Positions 47,201 to 58,849 of a stretch of DNA of 64,000 bases are shown here, in pieces. A program made the translations under genes and the position numbers. The notes under the pieces are model-generated. The model was given only the letters and a program-made list of their open reading frames with translations, made no database searches and was not told where the DNA came from. Within the stretch, counting starts at the first letter, position 1, and every line of letters starts with the position of its first letter. The stretch covers positions 372,001 to 436,000 of the forward strand of contig VJWM01000135.1 of assembly GCA_010909165.1 (NCBI GenBank). The letters run 5' to 3'. This DNA comes from Anthoceros angustus. Lineage: Eukaryota > Plantae > Anthocerotophyta.

Positions 47201-49058
47201 TCGCTTATTCCTTGACATCTCTGATCATGTTGAGCTGTCCAGTCTCCCAGGAACCAATGGTGTGCTGCAATACCTGGCAGTGAACCCCCTTCCACTTCAT
47301 GCAACGATCATTTGTGGCCTTGTGAAGAATCAGGTGACTCTTGTCACTGAAACTAAGCAGTGCTTGCTTCCCTTGAACGTCCTTTCTTGAACTGTTTTTT
47401 CACAGATTGACATCAGTGCAGGTCTACTCAGACTTAGAGGTGGCTTTCATCATATCTGAAAATAAAAGCTTTCTTGAGGCCTTTGCCAAGGCAGGTGAGC
47501 TAACATATGGTCGAACAGCCGTATCAAGCCAGTTTTATTACGGATGCCTCCTCCACGAGCTACTGAGTTTTCAGCTGCCAGATAGGCATCTAACGGCAGA
47601 GGTGAGTTGCTACACCATTACGTATTGTTGTAGCAGAGTTCGTCTGAATGTAGAATCAGTGATGGAAAAGGAAAGCGATCATCGTCTCATCTTGCTTGTT
47701 GCAGAGGTTGCCCAAGGACGAAGGCGCACAAAGTCAATTTATTGAGATTCCACACACAGCACTTAGAGCTATCAGCGAGGCAGAAACATTGTCTGATGAG
47801 CCCCCTGCAAGAAACGTGGTCCACATGGATTTTGATGAAAATGCTGTGCAAACTCCTTCGGCTGTGAAGGTCTCCTTATTTGAAGGATTTGCCAGGCAAC
47901 ATATTGCAGAAACTGAGATGGACCCCAAACCGGAGATTGCTGAGTATCTCTATGCCAGGTTTGGTCTTCCAGCTTGGCATTCAAACGAGCTTCTCTTCAG
48001 TGACACTTCGACAGGACTCTTCGGCAAGCTTGTCCTAGCATGTGTCCAGGAGAAAGGTACTCTCTGTTTTCCATCTGGGTCAAATGGAGCTCAAGTTTCT
48101 GCGGCCAAGTTCCTAAGTGCCAGTATCAAGGAGATTCCGACAAAAGCTTCGGATGGATTTAAGTTAACTGTGGACGGCCTTGATGACTTTCTGAGCGCTG
48201 TGCAGAATCCCTGGATATGTATATCTGGACCTACCGTAAGCCCCACGGGAGTAGTATATGCAGGTGATGAAATTGATGAACTCTTAGCTGTCTCTAAAAA
48301 ACATGGTGCACGAGTGATCCTAGACACGTCCTTTTCTGGGCTGGAGTTCGGGAAAGATACGGTTCAACTGTGGAACTTGGAGAAGATCCTATCTGAAGAT
48401 ACAGGAAACAGTACATTTGGCATTGCGCTTCTCGGAGGATCCTCAAACCAAGCTGGTACTGGGGGGCTTGAATTTGGATTTGCAGCCCTACACGACCCTG
48501 TATTCATTGATATTTTCAAAGAGTCTCCTAGCTTGAGCAGGCCACATGGCACCGTCAGATATTCGATGAAGAAGCTGTTTGGTATGCTGAATGAAGGAAA
48601 CAATGTTCTCACCAAGGACCTTGAGCATCAACGAGAACTGCTAGAACAGAAGGTTCACAAGCTGGAGCAGGTAAGGATATGTGACTTTTAATGTCTCCGG
48701 TATCTCCTTTATTTGCTCCTCAGCAGCATTTTCTTGCCCTTGACAGGTGCTTGTAACCAGTGGCTGGACAACGGTCAAGCCCTCGGGTGGTGTGTCCCTG
48801 GTGGGTCGACCATCCTCCTACGAGGGAAAGAGTGTTGCATATCAGGGCCCCGATTGTGTGAGCAAGGAAGTTGTTATAGACGACACCACCATCAGAGACG
48901 CAATTCTTCGGACAACTGGACTGTACATCAGCGATAGTTCTTGGACTGGACTCCCTGGCTACTGTCGTTTTGTTGCAGCTCTAGAGGAGGAGAACTTCAA
49001 TACAGCTCTCAGGGCCATTGAGAGGTTCAAGGAGCTTGTCTTGGATGGCACAGCCTGA
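44300..49058 (+). CDS. MMT: Methionine S-methyltransferase (multi-exon)
   Basis: AFLEHCRESGDRAYAAFK; IPSIFIPEDWSFTFFEG; AELGCGNGWVSIA; VYGLDINPRAINVAWINLYLNA; DRIVGCIPQ; C-terminal PLP-aminotransferase-like domain (GARVILDTSFSGLEF). Confidence 0.96.
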
Positions 49059-49492
49059 TCTAACGGTGTCGCAGTAGAAGGGAAAATATGGTTGTGCCAC
49101 AAAATTTCTTCGGGACATCCACTTGTCCAGCTTTGGCGGGCTGTCCATGCCTCCGTCTGATTCCTTTCAGCCAGACCTGGCTTATCTGTTTCGGCCATCC
49201 TTCATTCAAACTGAGCATACGTACCTTATTTTTGTGCCTGTCTGACCACACTACCACGCATCGAAGACCAAACGTAGGGTCGATTTGAAAAGGGCGAGGG
49301 ATGTGGATGAGGTAAATAGTGGTTGCACAAAGCAGTGGAAATTTGAACACGCACGGTTTGTTGCCAACTACAGACATCGATTTCGTGATTTAGAGAGGCA
49401 CACACTATGGATAGTTGGCTCGCTTTGGGCTTAGAAAGAGCTTCGTTCGCACGAACGTGATCGTGAGCTTTTGCAGTAGAAGAAAACAGGTG

Positions 49493-52450
49493 ATGGCAAT
49501 GTGGAGGAGTCTGCGAGCTCAGCTTGGGTCGACTAAGCAAGTTGTAAGCACTTCACGGCCACACCGGGAGACGTTGTTTGTTTCTTCGACAGTTTCAGGC
49601 ATCTTCTAAATTTTGATCACGGCCGCTGCTTGTGTGAAGCTGCCTCATTTGTTTGGCTCCTTGTGTGAAGGCTGGAGGACTTTGGCAGTTTAGCAGGCAG
49701 GTATCATCCGTGCTTCCAGAATGTGCAGCAGCAGCAGCCGAGAGGGTGCCGGATCCCGGACAGCCCTCACCCGAGACTCATCCTCAGGTAATGTGCAGGC
49801 TTCCGACAGCGTCTCCTGTTCCGCCCTTCCAGGCAGATGATCTAATTGCACTGACAGTGGGTTCTGGGTCATGTCAGCTTCTCTCCAAGGGCGAGATCAT
49901 GCCTGGCATTTCTTCAGACGAGTTTTCTCTGAGGAGAAAGAGACTGATGGCGCTGTTACCCAAGGGAAGCCTGGTTGTTATCGGATCGGCCATGGTGAAA
50001 CAAATGACAAGCGTGGTCCCGTATAGTTTTCGACAGGAATCGGACTACCTTTATTTCACCGGTTGCCAACAGCCTGGTGGTGTTGCGGTGGTATATGGCG
50101 ATGCCAAGCTATGCATGTTTATGCCAGAGCAGGATCCTGATGTAAGGGGAAGAGAGTGACTGACATGGTTTCACCTGCTGGTATCGATCGTAGAGAATCG
50201 AGTTGGTCACTTTTTACCAGAAAGCTCACACGCAGGTCCATACTGCAGAGAGCGATCTGGGATGGGCATATTGCAGGAGTGGCGGATGCTGAAGAGTTTT
50301 TCGGTGCGCAGATGGCTTACTCGACAGAAAAGCTCTCTGAGGTATCCACATGCTTCATGTGAATGAGGTTTCCTCCTGTTGTTACCAAATCTCTTGTCAT
50401 ATTGAACTGTAGCTGTGCTTGTGGTTTTCTTGTTACAAGCCTTTTCCGAAGTGGCTATGGTGGTTTACATTTCTCCTGTCTGTCGTAGTGCAGTAGCTTA
50501 ATGTGGCATGGTCATTGCAGGTGCTGTCCAAAATGATTCGTGGGTCCAAGGTCGTCTTTACTGATCTTGAATCGCCATCATCCAAGTTTGGCGGACTGAC
50601 AGCATTTAGTCAGGCCATGCTTGAGAACAAAGTCCAAAACTTGAGTACCTTCAGTCATCGGCTTCGGTGGACGAAGTCCCTTGCTGAGATCAATCTGATG
50701 AAACATTCAGCATCAATTGCCTGCCAGGTGCACATATCACCGCAGAGCTGCTGTGTGAGAGTGCTGTGTATCTTTCCTCCCAGTTGCTGTATGTTGGACA
50801 GGTTATATCTTCAACTGGTGTGTGGCAATCTGAATGTATACAGGCCTTTCTCCGAACTATGGAGGCTTCTGCAAGCCAGCAGTACGAATACCAGCTGGCA
50901 GCTCAAGTCGAGTACGAATGTAGAATGAGAGGAGCCCAGCGCATGACGTGAGTAGCACGTGTGAGTGCTGCCTGGGGACGTAACAGTCTGGGTCACCTAA
51001 ATTTTGTCCTTGTGTACAGGTTCCCTTCTGTTGTAGGGGCAGGGGCCAATGGTAGTGTTATACACTACAGTCGAAATGATAAGCTCGTAAGCTCTATAAA
51101 CCCTCCTGGCCTTGTGCTTTTCAAAATACTATGGTCAGAATGACGTCGGTCTGCAGTAACTGTAAAGTGATGGTCTGCTGGCATCTAAGTGCTGTCTTCT
51201 TCTGGATGAACAGATTGAGGAAGGGGACCTCGTGTTGATGGATGCAGGCTGTGAGTACTTTGGCTATGCTAGTGACATGACACGAACTTGGGCCCCAAGT
51301 GGGACCTTCCGTCCAGCTCAGGTATCATGGAGTCCTTATAGGTTTGTTTCCTTGTCTTAAAGCATGCTGAGGGCGAGCATGTTGCTAGCAAGTGTGCTCT
51401 CATGCGAAAGGGTGAAACTGTTTCGTTGGTGTAGTCCGGCATCTCCGTTGTGTGACAGCATATCTGCCTCACGAGTTGTGTGCAGAGGGAAGTGTATGAA
51501 GTGGTTTTGGAGACCATGGAAGAGTGTATGAAGTTATGCCACCCAGGAACAAATCTAGGCACTCTGCACAAGCACTCGGCAAGCATCAGCTTACCTTGAC
51601 CTGAGGTTGCTTCCAGCTTGTATTCGTGTATTCCTGTGTAGCCGTTCAATCCTGAGAATGATCCGCGGATGTTTCTTCGCTTCACTTTCGCCGTTCACTT
51701 TGCGTTTTACAGATGTCCATTCTGGAAGCAAAAATTGTGAAGTATGGTTTTGTGGATGAGAGCTGCGAAGTCAAGCAACATCTCCATAGAATATGGAACC
51801 CTACCATAATAGGTTTGTTCCATTACTTCATGCTTTTACAAATTTAAGCGTTTAGTCTGAAGCAATGCAAGGATCTTCTTCCGTGGTGTCAGGCCATTAT
51901 CTTGGTATGGATGTTCATGACTGCAATCACGTACGCAAAGAGGAACCTCTCAAGCCTGGTGTGGTAGGCCCAAACCCTCGTCTTGACTGAGTCGTTTGGT
52001 TTCAGCTGGAGAATACCGGATTCCAGCCTTACTGGTGTTGTCCTCATACTTGCACGCTTCCTGGTCGCAGATTATCACCATCGAGCCGGGACTGTATTTC
52101 GGTCCCGGTGACGCAAAAGTGCGGAAACAGTAAGTTCATCCGAGTCTTGAAAACTGTCCACATGCAAATCAGAGTTACCGCTCCCGGAAGTTGCTCTTGC
52201 CTAAACGATGTGCGCCTGCAGATTCAGAGGAATTGGTGTAAGGATAGAAGACGAGGTGTTGATAACTGACTCCGGCTACGAGGTTTGTGGTAATAAGTCT
52301 CTCTAAACACTTGACCGTTGAAGGAGAACCTGAACTCACATCCGCAAGTTTTCGCAGGTATTGACAGCCAGTGTCCCGAAGCAGGTAGAAGAGTTGGAGA
52401 CATGGCTGCAACAGAGCAGGCCTAGGTGCCATAAAGTAGGCTTAGAGTAG
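49493..52450 (+). CDS. ICP55: Intermediate cleaving peptidase 55 / Xaa-Pro aminopeptidase (M24B), probably mitochondrial
   Basis: DPGQPSPETHP; VVPYSFRQESDYLYFTGCQQPGGVAV; FPSVVGAGANGSVIHYSRND; DLVLMDAGCE..SDMTRTW; HYLGMDVHD; ITIEPGLYF; GIGVRIEDEVLIT. Confidence 0.92.
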
Positions 52451-52878
52451 ACAGACGCATGTTCTTCCAACTCACAGTAATTTTTATGAGTAAAGTGGTA
52501 GCTTCACTTCCCGGCCTTCTTGTAACCAACGTTGCTTGGTCAAGTTGGCCGTCGCCTCCCGGCTTGATTTCTCCAACGGCCCCGCCGACTTTCGGGAATC
52601 TGTCGTCCATGGAGGTACGCTCGGACGAGGGTGTAAATTCCTAGCACCATCAACACGGCGAGCACCAAAATGTCGCAGAATCCCGCGAGTAATATCAAGA
52701 GCACGTTCCTGAGAATGCGCTTTAGCAGTGTCAGCATCCTTCTGTTCAGGATCAAGCAGGCTTCGCAGTAGACTTCAATAATCGCCCGAGATGGTGCCTT
52801 TTATGCTGCTGCCGAGACGTTTCACGTTCCGACTATTGGCGCCCAGCGCGCATGTTGTGCGTGTTTTGGTCGGTTTAT

Positions 52879-52944
52879 TTTTCTCTTCCTACCTTCCGAG
52901 GCTGTTCCACTTTCTCTCTTCCTACCTTCCGAGGCTGTTCCACT
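52879..52944. repeat. Tandem duplication, 2 x 33 bp
   Basis: TTTCTCTCTTCCTACCTTCCGAGGCTGTTCCAC occurs twice. Confidence 0.85.
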
Positions 52945-55139
52945 TTCTATAGCTTCCTGCCCCGTGACTGGCACAGGAGAAAAGGTGTGAGATTCGTGTG
53001 CCGTCATGTGCACGGTTCGATGAGCAGGAATTCTGCCCTTCTCCAACTTCCAAACGGTGAGATGAACTTTGCTTTCAGGTTCGAAGGACTGATCAGGCCC
53101 TTCTTGTTATTTCTGAACTAATTAGATTGAAGCAGCTTGGAATCAGTTACAATGCTCTTATTATTCCATGCTCACATTCCACCCATGCACACATGCCATC
53201 CTAAACTGAGCAATTCTTGCTTAGTCTAGCGTTATCTCTAAATATGTCTCGTCCAAGGCTAGTCTCAAACTGGGCAACTCGTGTTTCAGCCCAGTGAGAC
53301 TCCCGGGAGATGGGATGTCTTCAATGATGAAGCGGAGGTCGGAGACGTTTGAGCCCCGTGGATGTCTACCGCAATGGGTGGTCCGCGCCCGAGAAGAACA
53401 GGGGCAGTCCCAACTGGGCCAGAAGACCCAGGAGCAGCAAGGGCAAGAATCCTAGGAACAGAGCTGGACTTGGCAGAAGCTGTGTTGAGGGCTCCAAAAA
53501 CAGTCACAGCTTCAAACCAAATCTAGAGAAAGCGAATGATCGGTATCCAAGTTGGTCTGGTCGTCTTCGAAGGAGGGTTATTCTATCTAGGTGGTGCATT
53601 GCGGCATGCTGGAGATAATATAATAGGTGGTGCATTACGGCATGCTGGAGATAATATAAGTGGTTCATTAGAGCACATTGGACATAAGTCAAGCGAATTT
53701 TCCTCACTTTAAAGATCCTTTATTGACGATCTCCTCAAATATGGGTTGAAGGTACTCTAAAACCACTTGGCTTTCGCATCTTCAAAGCAGCATAATGAAG
53801 AAGTGGTTTCAAGTGTTAAAAGAGGCAGAGAGCAGTGGTGTCCAAAAAAGCAAAGTGAAGAAGTGGTTTTGGGTCTTCTTCATGCAGTAAGAAGTGATTT
53901 CGGGTCTTCATCATACAGGTAGAGTGCAGGATTGGTTTTGAACGTCATGGAGGCAGAGTGAAGAATGGTTTCTTAGTGTTTAGGTTAAGGTCTAGGGTCT
54001 TATGCTTTCAGTATTTGCTAGAAGCGTTCAGCGCCTAGCCAAAGATCTTATCAGGGTGTTGTTCTTGTTAAGCTATTAATAAGCTTGGAGTAAGTTGGAA
54101 TCAAATGTTGGTGATTTGTTATGGATCCGCACAGCGGTCATTTCCAACTTGATATGTTACTCGTGCGCAGACACTTTTGAAATGCTTGCAAGTCTTGCCA
54201 ACATTGTTCATAAACTACAGATGATCGAGGATTTCATTTTAAATCCTACGCATTTTTCTCACAAAGGAGATGGTGGATGTTGCTCCAACTGTGAAGGTTA
54301 TTTATGGAATACCAAAGCGGACTGAGGGACGAGCACTTTTTTTTCACAAGTTCCTCATATAATACGCCTGAACAGCTCAGGTGTCCACTTTGGCGCCCTT
54401 ACCAAGAGCATCCATGTACCAAAGCGGTCATGTGCAGACACTCTCTTTGAAAAGTGTCTCTCTGAAAACAAGAGTGAACACGATAATTTTTGAAGGGGGT
54501 GAATAATCTCGAAGGGGGTTTTCTGCAAATAATCTCTGAAGGGGGTTTTTGATGGGCCCTAAAACAGCGTTTTGAAGGCATTGAAAACGGCCCGAAAAAG
54601 GGTGTCACGCAAGAAAGTTACTACTTTCCATCCAAAGAATGTTTGTGGGGAATGGTGGTCGAAACTCGAACCTAGGGAATAATGCAAAGTAGGAACGGTG
54701 AGGACTACCCGGAAGGGACGATCAGAACTCGCTTTGGGAGAAAAATGTGGTTTAGGAAGGACACAACAAAAGCCACGACAACGATTTCCTAACACATTAA
54801 CATCAAGAACTGACTTACAAAATTAACTCGGGACCGGAAAAATGAGATTTCATTTTCACTCATCCCGTAGTTCAATCCTTCATCACCGGTCCAGCCCCGC
54901 ATTGTCATCACTATCTTCACCGCATTTTGACTCAGTTGATGAAGAAGCCAACTCAAAAGCTTATCCCTTATCGCTTTTTGTCCACCGCATATAGATGTTT
55001 CCGCGCTCAACACAAACCCATAGCAGATGACCTGCTTCATTCATAAATACCTCCTGTATGTTTTCGTAATGGACCTTATTCCCTTTTTCCTCTCAGATTG
55101 GACCGATGGACCGACGCCCGCCAATGACCACTGTCGAGG

Positions 55140-55945
55140 GGGTCCATGATAGGAGGTCGCCGCCGCCGGCCGGCGCCCTCCTCCACGCCACCCCTAGGGT
55201 GGCGCGGAGGGAGGGCGCCATCCGCGCACCACCCGTCCAGAACGTGCGGCCGGCGCCCATCCTCCAACCGCCACCTGGCCACCGAATGGTGGCGCGGCCG
55301 GCCGGCGGCGCCGGCCGGCGCCCTCCACGCCACCCCTAGGGTGGCGCGGAGGCGGCGCCGGCCGGCGGCGCCCTCGCCAGCGCACCACTCGAGGAGGCCG
55401 AGGTGGCGCGTGGGCGGCCGGCGGCGCCGCCGGCGCCACATGTCGCGGCGCCGGCCGGCGGCCCCGCTCTGCGCACCACCCGTCGGGATCGCGGGTCTGC
55501 GTGAGGCGCCGGCGGCGGCGCCCTCCTCCACGCCACCCCTAGGGTGGCGCCGGCTGGCGGTGTATGCCCTCTGCGCACCACCCGTCGGGCAAGCGGGTGC
55601 TCGATGGGCGGGCGCGGCGCCGGCCGCCGCCGGCCGGCCGCCGCCGGCCGGCGGGTGGCGCCATCGCGCACCACCCGTCGGGGCCGGCGGCGGCGCGCCC
55701 TACCTCCGCGCCACCCCTAGGGCCTCCCGGTCGTGCGTGGAGGCGCCGGCGGCGGCCCTCCCTCACACCACCACGATGGCCACATACGGGTACGCGCCCC
55801 GGATGGGCGCCCGGCCGGCGGCGCCGGCCGGCGCCCATCCTCCAACCGCCACCCCTAGGGTGGCGCGGAGGCGGGCGCCGGCCGGCCGCGCCCGCTGCCA
55901 CCCGTTTAGTGGCCGAATGGTGACGAGGGATAGCGCCCGGCCGCG
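55140..55945. repeat. Complex GC-rich repeat array (motifs CCACCCCTAGGGTGGCGCGGAGG, CCGGCCGGCGGCGCC, GCGCACCACCCGTC)
   Basis: A few quasi-palindromic motifs recur in shuffled order; extremely CG-rich. Confidence 0.85.
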
Positions 55946-55989
55946 TTGTTGCAATGTTCCTTCGTGGAAAAGTATAGGATATTCTTGTG

Positions 55990-56790
55990 ACCATTGGATT
56001 GCATGCGCAATTGAAGGATGTGGAGGTCTTGTCGAAACTTCCCGAGGAGTTTCGCCATTTCATATTTGAGATCAATAATTGGAAGGGCTTGGAGAATGAG
56101 CAGCGGGCTTTAACAGACAAGGACTTGCAAGAGGGACTCCACGTTTTCAATGTTCCATCGACTGAAAAGCAAGTCCAGTACCAGATCGAAGGACGTAATG
56201 TTCTTGACATGCGTGGTTATCTGCGGGGAAGGAGATACACTTTGCTTGTCATGGATGTCCCCCGTGGCTTTGACATCGGTCCTATGGACAAGCGCAGGGA
56301 TTTGGCCATGTTGGGAACAGTTTTTCAGAGTTTTGAAGAGAAGACCACCAGCGAGGAGTTCAGGCTTATCGTCTTGCATGGAGTTGAAGAAGCCCACTGA
56401 TCGAAGTCTATGCGGAAATTGTGTGGGAAGGGAGGCATGGTGTCCTTCATCCGGGACAAGACAAACATGAATAAGCGGCAGTGGATTTGAGGCTGTCGAG
56501 TACGTGTGATGGGTGGATGGTGTCTAAAAGCAAGTTGTGCGAGGCGGGTTCCTATGATGCCTAACGCCATGCATGGGACTTTCAACAATGGAAGGGCAGT
56601 TATTGGGCACCTTGTCGTCAAAATGGTCCACCTATCGCACGACAAGCTGGTGGTATGCCCCACCAGCTGCTAGGCCTTATGACAAAACTTGTCAAAACAT
56701 TCTCGAGGAAGGATTGGGTTGTGGATGCTTGTGCGAGGCGGCACGACAACATTAGCGGCATTATGTGGCGGGCGCATTGCGATTGAAGCC
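55990..56790 (+). pseudogene. Degenerate beta-class N4-cytosine/N6-adenine DNA methyltransferase
   Basis: Motif IV-like YTLLVMDVPRGF (~56237-56272) followed ~140 codons later by LMTKLVKTFSRKDWVVDACA(G)GGTTTLAALCGGRIAIEAD (motif I and following strand). Frameshifts and stops present. Confidence 0.7.
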
Positions 56791-58849
56791 GATTTGAGGT
56801 GCGGGGTACATTGAACAACGCGCATGGTGTACAAGTCCTACGGGCGAGGAGGAAGAGCTAACGCTCGAGCCGCATCGCAGGGTCCATCCCGCCCGGGCAA
56901 AGGAGGTTTGCATAAGTGAGAAGGATTGCCGGCCAAGTGGTTGCATTGAGTGCGGAAGGTTGAAGACCACATTGGCGACCTTTTGGATGAGGTCACCAAA
57001 CCCTAGATGGTGTGGCGTCCACAAGACGTGGGCCGGGGAATGATACTATTGAAGCGAGCAAGCAATGGAGGAGAACGATAACTTTGAGGCGGAAGATATG
57101 GACCGCCTCGAATATGGCGGTGGTTCTTGACTCGGTGTCAAGGCATGGATGAGTCCCAGCCGCACTCTTCAATGACTATTGTCATGTCGGCCACTCCCTC
57201 CTTTAGCGGATGTTTGTTGCAATGTTATTACGGCGATTAAAATGGGACTCCCTCAGTGTGATTGTTTTACAGTTATCCATGGGGCTCCAGCCAAGCATAT
57301 CGTGGTGGAAAGGCAACATCCAAGAGCTCGGATCCCTATCCGCCTCTGCTGTTACTTTTTTCGCTCATCTTTGCTTCCTCGGACTCCACAGCGCTCGCGG
57401 CGTGGATGCTCCATGAGGTCATCGATGCACGGTGCAGCCTCACTGTGGGAGTCGTGCGATCCGTCACGCCGGTGCGGCGGTACCATGGTTAGAGTGACAT
57501 GCCCGCCTTGATGGTGATGGCAACTTGCAGCAAGAAGCAGCAGCGGCAGCAGATAGACGGCGCTGAGAGGGGACAAGAAACCGCATTCATGTTACGGCGG
57601 CAGCGGCTTGGAGGTGAGCGCGGCGAGCGGGAGGCGAGGAAGATGGCGGCGGCGGCGCGGTTCCGTGCTAGTCCTTTCCGGCCGGGAATCATGGTGGTGA
57701 GCTCTCACAAGGTTGTGGCTTTGCATGCCGCCTTCTGTGTGGCGGCCGGCTGGTCGGCCTCACGGCTCCGTGGGAGCGGGCAGTCGGGAGTGTGTCGATG
57801 CGCTGGATCCGCAGGGAGTGAAGGTGCCGGGCGGGAGAGATGCGCGGCCTCCTCGTCGGGAGCATTGAGAGCTGGGAAAGCGGGGCTGAGGCCTGGGATC
57901 CTGGCTCCTCAAAGAAGATGCGCTCCACCACTTCAAAGTAAAAGTTTTCAGGTTACTAAACATATGAAAATGGCAGCTCAAACATTCTACAAAATGCAGA
58001 CGGGCCCGCACCCCCGTGCTCCATTTCTAGGGTGTTCACTTAAGTCGGCATTTATCAATCGGTATGACCCTCGAGAAGGGTGTGCATTATCAAAGTAGGG
58101 CTAATATGCTGTTTTAGGTAAGGTGTTCTTCGTGGACCGAGGGGGTTGGCATGTCGTGGCGGTATGCCGAGAACTACTCAAGGACCGCGGTTGCAGGTAT
58201 TTGGATTAGACTTGGACTTCGTACTGAGGGTGCCTTCTTGGAGCTGGAAGCACACTATTTCATGCACGCTCATTATGATGGTTGATCTTTGGGTCCTAAT
58301 GACCACTGCAAGCCTGCATGGTGGAAGTGCCCGGAAAGCCTTGAGGACTTCAAGTTGTGGATAGCCAGATTTCATGCGGACAAGTTGACTTAGCTTGGAC
58401 AGCCGGCCGAGACGTTTTCGCTCGCTCTTAGATTTCATCACAAACTTTGCTACAAATTCAACGCCATGCCAACCACATCCTATGAGAGCATATGAATAAT
58501 CTGTCTATCACCGGGAATATTGAGCACGGGGTCGTCCGAGGAGACGCTGTCATAGAGCTCTGAATGTTCCTTCAATAGGTTTCCACAATTTTGATATGCC
58601 TTTGAGGCCTCAGGTTTTGTCATGGTTAAGGCTTGCTCCGTGAGGCAGCTTTCAGTTCAGGCTTAGAAATTGCTTTATGTCAATTTAAGATTCACTGTAG
58701 GCCACCGAGTCCTCACGGCACGATCGCCTCCTCGCGGCTCACCGCTTCCAACCCCGACGGTGAACCACACTCGAAGGTGCTTGGCGCCAAAGAGATAGCG
58801 CGAGAGCCGGGTTATGAGCAAGAGATCAGAATTGTCTCGAGGTCACGAA

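Noticed and set aside
8806-49058. MVD, CHI-fold genes, CCR-like and MMT as one biosynthetic gene cluster
   Set aside because: The pathways are unrelated and interspersed with housekeeping genes; no evidence of co-regulation from sequence.
52358-52644. Possible read-through of the last ICP55 exon into ORF 52459-52644
   Set aside because: Codon counting gives an in-frame TAG at 52448-52450; the later ORF is in another frame.
55076-56210. Arg/Pro/Ala-rich ORFs up to 307 aa
   Set aside because: Products of the stop-poor GC-rich repeat array.
58140-58480. Possible kinase-like remnant on the minus strand (LIGCGWHGVEFVAKFV...)
   Set aside because: Only vague similarity; no HRD or DFG-type motifs found.
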